From positions 89,547-113,546 of the forward strand of contig JBJEQF010000016.1 of the NCBI GenBank assembly GCA_051881615.1: a stretch of DNA of 24,000 nucleotides, in the 5' to 3' direction. The notes beneath the pieces are model-generated. The model saw nothing but the letters and a program-made list of their open reading frames with translations. It was not told where the DNA came from and searched no databases. Numbering within the stretch: position 1 is the stretch's first letter; each line of letters opens with the position of its first letter. The translations under genes and the position numbers were made by a program. Origin of the DNA: Acutalibacteraceae bacterium. GTDB taxonomy: Bacteria > Bacillota > Clostridia > Oscillospirales > Acutalibacteraceae. This document shows positions 9,002 to 15,476 of the stretch, piece after piece.

Positions 9002-9170
9002 TGTCCCACCTCCTAACAATTGATATAGTCACGTGCATATTATAATAACATTTTTAAGGCAGTAAATCAAGTACTTCGAGTAATTTTTTGTATTTTTTTC
9101 ATTTTTTACATAAATTCAAAGCTTAAATGCGATATAATTTAATACAATTACTAATATGTCATAATTTTCA

Positions 9171-9199
9171 TTGATAAAACTGCATACTTATGGTAAAAT
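9171..9199 (+). promoter_or_regulatory. Extended -10 promoter for mntP
   Basis: TTGATA (9171-9176), 17-nt spacer ending in TGg, TAAAAT (9194-9199). Confidence 0.45.
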
Positions 9200-9230
9200 A
9201 AATGCAATAATTTAAAGTGTGAGGATTGCT

Positions 9231-9800
9231 ATGGGTTTTGCTGAGCTTTTGCTTTTAAGCGTAGGACTTGCCATGGACGCCTTTGCCGTTTCTGTGTGCA
9301 AGGGTCTGAATATGAAAAAAATAAACTACCGCCACGGCTTTATTATAGCGCTTTTCTTCGGCATATTTCAGGCAGGTATGCCCGTTATAGGCTGGCTGCT
9401 CGGTGTGCAGTTTCAGCAGTATATCAACGAGTTTGACCATTGGATAGCCTTTGTTCTCTTAGGCTTTATCGGCGGCAAGATGATTTACGAATCAATAAAG
9501 GGTGACGGTGATGAGGGTGCTTCCTCTGACGGCTCGCTTGACATAAAGGAGCTTCTTGTGCTGTCGGTGGCAACGAGCATTGACGCACTTGCTGTAGGCG
9601 TGACCTTTGCGTTTTTAGATGTGAATATATGGCTGTCTGTGTCGTGTATCGGCATTATTACGCTTTTGCTGTCGTTTATCGGCATTATAATAGGCAACAA
9701 CTTCGGCGCAAAATACAAAAGCCGTGCAGAGCTTGCAGGCGGAATTATACTTGTGCTTATCGGTGTAAAAATCCTTGTTGAGCATTTAATCAGCGGTTAA
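9231..9800 (+). CDS. mntP: Manganese efflux pump MntP (DUF204 family)
   Basis: ATG at 9231 follows GAGGA. MGFAELLLLSVGLAMDAFAVSVCKGL... and the internally duplicated ...SVATSIDALAVGVTFAFL half are characteristic of MntP. Confidence 0.85.
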   Translation: MGFAELLLLSVGLAMDAFAVSVCKGLNMKKINYRHGFIIALFFGIFQAGMPVIGWLLGVQFQQYINEFDHWIAFVLLGFIGGKMIYESIKGDGDEGASSDGSLDIKELLVLSVATSIDALAVGVTFAFLDVNIWLSVSCIGIITLLLSFIGIIIGNNFGAKYKSRAELAGGIILVLIGVKILVEHLISG

Positions 9801-10243
9801 AAGTGCATTTCAAAATAGTACCATTTATCCGCAATTTTTTCTGTATATTCCCAATTATCGCCGCCGCTTTCATTCCATTTCCAGCCGTTTTCATATTCGG
9901 TAAAAACAACGTCTGTTCCCTGAAAACCAAGCGGCTTATCATCAGGCGAATAATAAAAGCCTGAGTATTCAGAGGACGAGCCGATACCGCCCTTGTTTAC
10001 AATAAATTCAACCATATCTGATGTCTGCCAATAATTTATTTCGCAATTTTTAAAGGATATATCGTCAACCTTTTTATTTTCAATAATCTTTTCTGCGATT
10101 TCCTCTAAATATACGCTGTTTTCCTGCACCGTTTTTGTTATTGACTGTTTGGTGCTGTTATTCTGTGAAAATAAAAAAACAGCCAAAAACAACACCACAG
10201 CAAACGAACAGGCGGCAATCAGGTAACGTGACAGCTTTTTCAT
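9797..10243 (-). CDS. Hypothetical secreted/membrane-anchored protein (148 aa)
   Basis: ATG at 10243 is preceded by AGGAGGG. There is an N-terminal signal/anchor MKKLSRYLIAACSFAVVLFLAVFLF and a Trp/Tyr-rich C-terminus (GWKWNESGGDNWEYTEKIADKWYYFEMHF). I do not recognise a family. The 3' end overlaps the mntP stop convergently by 4 nt. Confidence 0.55.
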   Translation of the reverse strand: MKKLSRYLIAACSFAVVLFLAVFLFSQNNSTKQSITKTVQENSVYLEEIAEKIIENKKVDDISFKNCEINYWQTSDMVEFIVNKGGIGSSSEYSGFYYSPDDKPLGFQGTDVVFTEYENGWKWNESGGDNWEYTEKIADKWYYFEMHF

Positions 10244-10426
10244 AGTCCCTCCTGTATAGATAACCAAATACTTGAATTTCGACATTTTATTCTGTAATTA
10301 TTATAAGTCATATATTTTTATTTTCAAGCTCAAACTGAAATACAGTCCGAATTTTGCATTATTTTATTCTGCTTATTGTCGCTTAAAATGAGTTTAAATA
10401 AAAATCCCGTTAAACGAATGAAAGCA

Positions 10427-10454
10427 TTGACAATCACCCTTAAAATTATATAAT
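10427..10454 (+). promoter_or_regulatory. Sigma-A promoter for the two small membrane-protein genes
   Basis: TTGACA (10427-10432), 16-nt spacer, TATAAT (10449-10454). Confidence 0.5.
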
Positions 10455-10488
10455 TATACCATACCCCTATTTTAAAGGAGGAAACAAA

Positions 10489-10785
10489 ATGATTCTTGCA
10501 ATTTTATCATCTTTAATCTGCTTTATAGCGGCTGTTATAATGTTCACACCGTATTTTCGCAAGGTTACGCTTCTACGTCCCTGCGCAGTTTATTTTATTT
10601 TTCAGGGTTGCTGGCAGCTTGTGGCTTACCTTGTTTCACAGCTTTCACCCGGTAATGAAATAATGCTTTACATCAGCTTTATTGCAACAATAGTCCTTTT
10701 GCTTTACTACATTTTCATTTTGCTTATGACGTCACGCAAGTCAAAACACAAAAAGAAAAAACAGCAAAACGGCGAGGAGTACTGA
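10489..10785 (+). CDS. Small membrane protein (98 aa, ~3 TM, highly basic C-tail)
   Basis: AAAGGAGGAAAC Shine-Dalgarno 6 nt upstream. Three hydrophobic segments, then SRKSKHKKKKQQNGEEY. Confidence 0.55.
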   Translation: MILAILSSLICFIAAVIMFTPYFRKVTLLRPCAVYFIFQGCWQLVAYLVSQLSPGNEIMLYISFIATIVLLLYYIFILLMTSRKSKHKKKKQQNGEEY

Positions 10786-10788
10786 TGT

Positions 10789-11052
10789 ATGGAAAATTTT
10801 ACACAATACCTCTTTGTGCTTTTGTGGGCGTTTATGGCTGTTTACCTGTTTGTGCAGGGGTTAAAGGTAAATAAAATCTGCTTTGTTTACAGCGTGTTCT
10901 TTTTGTTTATGACTGGCTGGTACCTTGCAGATATAATCTACACCGACATAGATATGATGCACGGCAGCTTAGGCTGGGTGTTCAGAGGAATTGTCGGAGC
11001 TGTTCTGCTATTTACAATAATAGTTGCCGTAGTCAAGCGGAGGAAAAAATAA
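10789..11052 (+). CDS. Small membrane protein (87 aa, ~3 TM, basic C-tail)
   Basis: GAGGAG lies upstream, and the start is 3 nt after the previous stop. Three hydrophobic segments, then VKRRKK. Confidence 0.5.
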   Translation: MENFTQYLFVLLWAFMAVYLFVQGLKVNKICFVYSVFFLFMTGWYLADIIYTDIDMMHGSLGWVFRGIVGAVLLFTIIVAVVKRRKK

Positions 11053-11068
11053 AAAATCTTAATAAAAA

Positions 11069-11094
11069 GCTCCCGACATTTATTCTGTCGGGAG
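11069..11094. terminator. Bidirectional rho-independent terminator
   Basis: GCTCCCGACA (11069-11078) pairs with TGTCGGGAG (11086-11094). An A-run lies upstream and a T-run downstream. It serves the convergent 10789..11052 (+) and 11113..11565 (-) genes. Confidence 0.65.
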
Positions 11095-11112
11095 TAAATT
11101 TTTGTTCTGAGC

Positions 11113-11565
11113 TTATACATCATAATGCGTCTTGGTGTAACCCTCTTTTTGAAAATCAAAAGCTTCAACATATGGCTCTGAGCTTTCGTATATCCATCTC
11201 TGAATGTATTTTGGAACAACCCTGAAAAGTCTTTCGTTATTCAGCAAAGAATACTTTTGGTATGACCAGTTGTAGTGCTGCTCATATAGCCTTATGAACC
11301 TTTCGTTATCACTCGGCTTGCCTATTTCTGAACATACTCCCTCAATCGATGTATTATCAAAGCACAGTGCAACATTTGGATTGCCGATGATTTGATTATA
11401 CTTTCTGAAAGAAATATCTGTCTGAAAATAAAAGGCTCTGTCTAAAATGATAACGCTCATCATTCTTGACGTGACTGTTTTATCAAGGCAAGTGGACAGC
11501 ACCATATTTCTGCTTTCGCCCAATTCTGAAAACAGATTTTCAACCTTTTCACCAAAGTCATTCAT
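11113..11565 (-). CDS. Pyridoxamine 5'-phosphate oxidase-like (split-barrel FMN-binding fold) family protein
   Basis: 150 aa. The pattern ...NMVLSTCLDKTVTSRMMSVIILDRAFYFQTDISFRKYNQIIGNPNVALCFDNTSIEGVCSEIG resembles PNPOx-like / general-stress-protein-26 proteins (from memory). Its ATG overlaps the toxN TGA as ATGA (11562-11565). Confidence 0.55.
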   Translation of the reverse strand: MNDFGEKVENLFSELGESRNMVLSTCLDKTVTSRMMSVIILDRAFYFQTDISFRKYNQIIGNPNVALCFDNTSIEGVCSEIGKPSDNERFIRLYEQHYNWSYQKYSLLNNERLFRVVPKYIQRWIYESSEPYVEAFDFQKEGYTKTHYDV

Positions 11566-12080
11566 AGCCTTACCTCTGATAAATTTCTATATTCATTGCA
11601 CTTTTTCTCCAACAATGAAAAATCACAGCTATTCCTCAAAAGTGAAGGACTCTTGCCCATCATAACCCTTTTATACGTTCTTTGTGCTAATCGTCTTATG
11701 TATTCCTGATTTTTAATACAGAACTTAAGCTCCTGTGCTAAAAGTGTTTTATAAGCTTTGTCTGGCTCCGTATCAATTCTTCTTTCTTTCACAATTCCTA
11801 AAGGTATCGGAAACATATAATTAAATCGTAAGGAAGCTACCGCATTATTGTTTTTGTCACAAATTATGAAATTGTCTGCTTTCTTCTCTTTATAAGATGA
11901 CACCGGAACAAAATAATTCAAGTTGTTTATTTCAAGAACTATTCCGCACAAAAATTTTTGCTTTCTGTTTTTTCCGTAATCCATATTCGGTACACGAGAG
12001 AAACCTCGATGCTCAATTTCAGCATTTTGCAAATATTTTACATATTTTTGATCAACAATATAAAAATTCAGATTATCCAT
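11562..12080 (-). CDS. toxN: Type III toxin-antitoxin system toxin, ToxN/AbiQ-family endoribonuclease
   Basis: 172 aa, AGAGGAGAAG Shine-Dalgarno. Three blocks match my recollection of ToxN/AbiQ (Pfam ToxN_toxin): the N-terminus NFYIVDQKYVKYLQN; FLCGIVLEINNLNYFVPVSSYKEKK; and the C-terminus NSCDFSLLEKKCNEY. The length fits ToxN/AbiQ (170-185 aa). The gene is preceded by a tandem-repeat array and a terminator. Confidence 0.8.
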   Translation of the reverse strand: MDNLNFYIVDQKYVKYLQNAEIEHRGFSRVPNMDYGKNRKQKFLCGIVLEINNLNYFVPVSSYKEKKADNFIICDKNNNAVASLRFNYMFPIPLGIVKERRIDTEPDKAYKTLLAQELKFCIKNQEYIRRLAQRTYKRVMMGKSPSLLRNSCDFSLLEKKCNEYRNLSEVRL

Positions 12081-12090
12081 ACTTCTCCTC

Positions 12091-12123
12091 TAAAGTAAAA
12101 GGGAACGATTACTCGCTCCCTTT
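12091..12123 (-). terminator. Intrinsic terminator/attenuator between the antitoxin repeats and toxN
   Basis: On the minus strand: AAAGGGAGCG-AGTAAT-CGTTCCCTTTTACTTT, a 7-bp stem with one G-U pair followed by a T-run, immediately before the toxN ribosome-binding site. Confidence 0.65.
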
Positions 12124-12127
12124 GCTT

Positions 12128-12237
12128 AACATTATCGCCTGCACTCAGAGCGGCAGGGCACTCAGCATAAATCACTTGCGCTCAAAGTGGCAAGGCACTT
12201 AGCATAAATCACTTGCGCTCAAAGTGGCAAGGCACTT
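12128..12237 (-). ncRNA. toxI: ToxI/antiQ-like RNA antitoxin: three tandem 36-37-nt repeats
   Basis: On the minus strand, R1 (12237-12201) and R2 (12200-12164) are identical: AAGTGCCTTGCCACTTTGAGCGCAAGTGATTTATGCT. R3 (12163-12128), GAGTGCCCTGCCGCTCTGAGTGCAGGCGATAATGTT, is ~75% identical. The units are contiguous with no spacers. Each contains AAGTG/CACTT/AAGTG segments capable of alternative or pseudoknot pairing. Confidence 0.75.
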
Positions 12238-12269
12238 AACAACAGTAGATTACATCTACCTTTACTATT

Positions 12270-12298
12270 ATTATACTCAAGCAAGGCTTTTATGTCAA
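12270..12298 (-). promoter_or_regulatory. Consensus sigma-A promoter driving the toxI-toxN transcript
   Basis: On the minus strand: TTGACA (12298-12293), 17-nt spacer, TATAAT (12275-12270). Both hexamers are perfect. Confidence 0.7.
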
Positions 12299-12373
12299 GA
12301 AAAATATGACGGCATAATTTAGACAATGTAGACGATGTAAACGTGCGGTATTTTTTATACATTTTTCGTCTTT

Positions 12374-12526
12374 CTACTCGCTCACATTCTTATCCTTCAA
12401 ATGCTCCTTTAAAACGAGATTTATATATTGCGAAAAAGAACGGTCGCATTCCTCTGCAAGTATTTTTACGCTGTTTATTATATCCTCGTCAAGTGTAATA
12501 CTTACCTTTTGCTTTAACGGCTTCAT
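12374..12526 (-). CDS. Ribbon-helix-helix (CopG/Arc/MetJ-type) DNA-binding protein, 50 aa
   Basis: The start is reassigned to the ATG at 12526, preceded by GAGGTG. MKPLKQKVSITLDEDIINSVKILAEECDRSFSQYINLVLKEHL has the beta-strand / helix / helix layout typical of RHH antitoxins and repressors. Confidence 0.6.
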   Translation of the reverse strand: MKPLKQKVSITLDEDIINSVKILAEECDRSFSQYINLVLKEHLKDKNVSE

Positions 12527-12607
12527 TTTTAACACCTCGGTAATAATATACTCTAAAATGCTTTGTCTGCTTGAAAATATAGGCATAAACGCCTCTGACA
12601 GCCATAA

Positions 12608-13189
12608 TCAGCCGATGCCGAGCTCCCTGAGTCTGCGGTGAAGCAACGCAACAGGCAGTCCCATTACGTTGTAATAGTCGCCCCTTATACCCTTTACAAG
12701 CAGTGCTCCCTTGCCCTGTATGCCGTATGCGCCCGCCTTGTCAAACGGCTCGTTTGTTTTTATATATTCAAGGATTTCGCCCTCTGTCAGCGGATAAAAC
12801 TCAACCGATGTTTTGTCGCTGAAGCTGACGGTTTTTTCGCCCTTGCAGATACAACAGCCCGTTACGACAATATGCTCTCTGCCCTGCAATAATCTCAGCA
12901 TTTCAAAGGCGTCCTCTACGTTTTTCGGCTTGCCGAGCATTGTATCATCTGCAATAACGACTGTGTCGCTGCCTATTACTATACTTTCCCTGTGCGCTTT
13001 TGCTACCGCCTTGCATTTTATTTCTGCAAGGTATTCGGCTCTTTTTAATATGTCAATACCGTCAGGCACGATTTCTTCAACATCTGCCGGAATACACTCA
13101 AAATTGTCTGTAATAAGCCGCAGCAGCTCCTGCCGTCTTGGTGAGGCTGAAGCAAGGATTATTGTATCTGACGCACTAAGGCTGTTCAT
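12608..13189 (-). CDS. maf: Maf-like nucleoside triphosphate pyrophosphatase (septum formation protein Maf)
   Basis: IILASASPRRQELLRL..., VIGSDTVV...LGKP..., and DKAGAYGIQG...GDYYNVMGLP are hallmark Maf motifs. GAGAGGAG Shine-Dalgarno. Confidence 0.9.
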   Translation of the reverse strand: MNSLSASDTIILASASPRRQELLRLITDNFECIPADVEEIVPDGIDILKRAEYLAEIKCKAVAKAHRESIVIGSDTVVIADDTMLGKPKNVEDAFEMLRLLQGREHIVVTGCCICKGEKTVSFSDKTSVEFYPLTEGEILEYIKTNEPFDKAGAYGIQGKGALLVKGIRGDYYNVMGLPVALLHRRLRELGIG

Positions 13190-13206
13190 AGGAAAGCTCC
13201 TCTCGG

Positions 13207-13335
13207 TTATTTATTCGGAAAACAGCGTTTTCCCTTTCTTTCTGCTCTTTTCTGACTGCGGTCTGCGCTGTCAATCATCTTTACGGCGGCGCAAACAGCG
13301 TAGGAAATAAAAACAAAAACACAAAAATTAAACAT
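13207..13335 (-). CDS. Possible 42-aa small membrane/basic peptide upstream of maf
   Basis: Not in the ORF track (too short). ATG at 13335 is preceded by AGGTGA. The translation is MFNFCVFVFISYAVCAAVKMIDSADRSQKRAERKGKRCFPNK. The only support is the ORF plus the Shine-Dalgarno. Confidence 0.25.
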   Translation of the reverse strand: MFNFCVFVFISYAVCAAVKMIDSADRSQKRAERKGKRCFPNK

Positions 13336-13395
13336 AAAATCACCTGTAAAATAAATTTAGAATTAACTCTATACTTATATTTTACAGGATATGCT

Positions 13396-13453
13396 GTCCG
13401 TTAATACGGACTTTGACTTTATAGGTCTGTATAATCTGTCCGTTATTACGGAC
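13396..13453. repeat. Two copies of a 16-bp palindrome GTCCGTTAWTACGGAC, 42 bp apart
   Basis: GTCCGTTAATACGGAC (13396-13411) and GTCCGTTATTACGGAC (13438-13453). Both are preceded by CT. They lie between the WYL gene stop and the maf upstream region. Confidence 0.6.
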
Positions 13454-13460
13454 TGTGATT

Positions 13461-14468
13461 TCAGTCTTGCCTTTTATACAAATCGGCAATCTCTGCTATG
13501 TACCTTTCAAAGGACTCTCTTTCTCTTTTCGGCTCGATTATCTCTACCTTTGAGCCTAAGCCGCACAGCCAGCCGTAAAACTGCTTGCTCGGCACTACCT
13601 CAAGTGTTACGAAAAAGCTGTCGTTGTCTGCTTTTGATACAAATATATCAGCACCAAAGCGGTCTGCAAGCACACCGATAAGCGAATTTGCAACCTTTAG
13701 CTTAATGTCGACAACTTCGCCGCCGAACATTCCGAAAACCGATTTTGAATAAAGTGCTGTGTCAAAGCTATACTGTGCTTCGCTTCTCTTTTGCTGTGAG
13801 ATTTCGATTTTTTCCATTTTGTCAACACGGTAATGCTTTACCTCGCCGCTTTTCTGCTCATTTGCTACAAGGTAGTAATTTTCATCGTCCCACACAAGAG
13901 CAAGCGGAGATACCTCGTAGCTTTCGCCGTTTTTGCGGTATTTTTTAGTCACCTTTTTTGCACCGCCGAAGTCAACCGTCCACTCGCTGTATAAAAACGT
14001 AATCTGACTGTCGCAGTTAATTGCGTTGTGAATTTTATCTACGTTATAATATATTTTCTCATTATCTGTCTTTACTCTGTTAGTTACATAAACCTGTCTT
14101 TGAAGAAGCGCTCCGTCGTGAACGCTTGCAAGGCTTTCCACCTTTTTAATAAGCTCCATACTCTTTTTGCGAGTGATGAACTTTGAGCTTTGCACAGCGT
14201 CAACAAGGAGCTTTAGCTCGGGCATTTCAAAGTCACGGTTGCCTATGTAGTAGGTCACCGTCTTTGACTTTTTTGTGCAGATGTCAAGTCCGAAGCCTTC
14301 GAGCGTGTGGATATCGTCATAAATGCTTTTTCTCTCTGCCGATATGCCGTACTGCGACAGTATGTCGATAATCTCGCCGACAGTTATTCCGTGAGTATCG
14401 TCTGTTCTTTCAAGCAGAATTTTCTGAACGTACAAAAGCTTTTGCTTTTGTCTTGATTCCTTTGCCAT
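13461..14468 (-). CDS. WYL-domain transcriptional regulator (N-terminal wHTH, central WYL, C-terminal WCX-like domain)
   Basis: 335 aa. The N-terminus KLLYVQKILLERTDDTHGITVGEIIDILSQYGISAERKSIYDDIHTLEGFG looks like an HTH. The central ...YYLVANEQKSGEVKHYRVDKMEKIEI carries the WYL signature. GGAGGG Shine-Dalgarno. It sits 17 nt after the AEC gene stop. Confidence 0.8.
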   Translation of the reverse strand: MAKESRQKQKLLYVQKILLERTDDTHGITVGEIIDILSQYGISAERKSIYDDIHTLEGFGLDICTKKSKTVTYYIGNRDFEMPELKLLVDAVQSSKFITRKKSMELIKKVESLASVHDGALLQRQVYVTNRVKTDNEKIYYNVDKIHNAINCDSQITFLYSEWTVDFGGAKKVTKKYRKNGESYEVSPLALVWDDENYYLVANEQKSGEVKHYRVDKMEKIEISQQKRSEAQYSFDTALYSKSVFGMFGGEVVDIKLKVANSLIGVLADRFGADIFVSKADNDSFFVTLEVVPSKQFYGWLCGLGSKVEIIEPKRERESFERYIAEIADLYKRQD

Positions 14469-14485
14469 TAAATATTCCCTCCGAT

Positions 14486-15412
14486 TTATGAAAAGCTCTG
14501 CGCAAGTCCTACTATGAGAGGCATTGTCACTATTGATAACAGCGTTGTAGCAGACACTATGCTGACGGAAAGCTCTGTATCTCTGTCATATTTTGCAGAA
14601 AACATTGTGGTTATAGCCGCAATAGGAGCGGCGCAGGATATAATGCACGAAACCAGCACAGCTCCTCTTATGCCGAGCATAAGCATTACAAAAAGTGCCG
14701 TAAGCGGAACTACTACAAGCCTTATCGCCATCGTAATGTAGCTGTTAATATCGGTAAAGGCTCTGCGCAAATCAGACTGTGACAGGTAAAAGCCTATAAT
14801 AAGCATCGGAAGCGGAGTGTTAAGGTCAGCAAGATAGCTTATCGGTGTGATTATAATTTCAGGCAGTAAAAGCTGTGAAAGGTAGAGTGTAAGTCCGATA
14901 ACAACGCCGATAATTCCGGGGTTTAGTATCAGCTTTTTAACAGACAGCACGCTTTTGTCGCCGCTCATTGAAAACAGCCCGTATGTCCACACGAATATGT
15001 TGAATACTGCTATAAATGCGCCGGCATAAAATACTCCGTCGTTGCCGAGAAGTGCTTGCTGAAGAGGAATTGACATAAACGCACAGTTTGAAAACACTGC
15101 GCCGAACTGCAAAACCTTCTTCGAGCCTTCGTTTTTATCACGGATAACAAGTCTGCACAGCAAAATCGTACCCAGATGAATAAATAAAGCGGCAAGGCAC
15201 GAAATACCCAGATTGCCGAGCATATTAACATCAAGCTCACGCTGAAACGCTCTTATAATAACGCACGGCGTTACAAGATAAAGCACAATGTCTGTCATAT
15301 GCTTTGCAGAGCTGTCGGTGATAAGCCTCTTTTTTCCGCAGACAAAGCCTGCGCCGATTAAAATAAACAAAATAAGCACCTGCTGTGCCACAATTAAAAA
15401 GCTGTCTGTCAT
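14486..15412 (-). CDS. AEC (auxin efflux carrier) family permease
   Basis: The start is reassigned to the ATG at 15412 (MTDSFLIVAQQVLILFILIGAGFVCGKKRLI...). About 308 aa and ~10 TM segments, with the 5+5 arrangement typical of the AEC / malate-permease family. Confidence 0.78.
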   Translation of the reverse strand: MTDSFLIVAQQVLILFILIGAGFVCGKKRLITDSSAKHMTDIVLYLVTPCVIIRAFQRELDVNMLGNLGISCLAALFIHLGTILLCRLVIRDKNEGSKKVLQFGAVFSNCAFMSIPLQQALLGNDGVFYAGAFIAVFNIFVWTYGLFSMSGDKSVLSVKKLILNPGIIGVVIGLTLYLSQLLLPEIIITPISYLADLNTPLPMLIIGFYLSQSDLRRAFTDINSYITMAIRLVVVPLTALFVMLMLGIRGAVLVSCIISCAAPIAAITTMFSAKYDRDTELSVSIVSATTLLSIVTMPLIVGLAQSFS

Positions 15413-15448
15413 TTTTACCCCTCTGAAAATAAATATATTGCCTGTGTA

Positions 15449-15476
15449 ATTATACCACCGCCGCCGAAATTTACAA
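15449..15476 (-). promoter_or_regulatory. Extended -10 promoter for the AEC-WYL operon
   Basis: On the minus strand: TTGTAA (15476-15471), 16-nt spacer, TGgTATAAT (-10 at 15454-15449). Confidence 0.45.

Noticed and set aside
9020-9230. An expected yybP-ykoY manganese riboswitch upstream of mntP
   Set aside because: The 200-nt upstream region is very AT-rich. I could not find the conserved GGGGAGTAG-type core or paired helices of that riboswitch, only a plain promoter. The check was manual, so a covariance-model scan (Rfam RF00080) would be decisive.
12128-12237. Possibility that the 37-nt direct repeats form a small CRISPR array
   Set aside because: The repeats are contiguous with no spacers. 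There are only three copies and no cas genes. The array sits in the promoter-repeat-terminator-toxN arrangement diagnostic of type III TA antitoxins.
12813-13310. 165-aa plus-strand ORF, together with 12638..12892 on the plus strand
   Set aside because: Both are antisense to maf, whose identity is unambiguous. The translations are Ser/Leu-rich with no motifs.
13391-14371. Plus-strand ORFs 13391..13681, 13745..13948 and 14183..14371
   Set aside because: They are antisense to the WYL regulator gene, or lie within the palindrome-containing spacer. They are Arg/Ser/Leu-rich and have no ribosome-binding sites.
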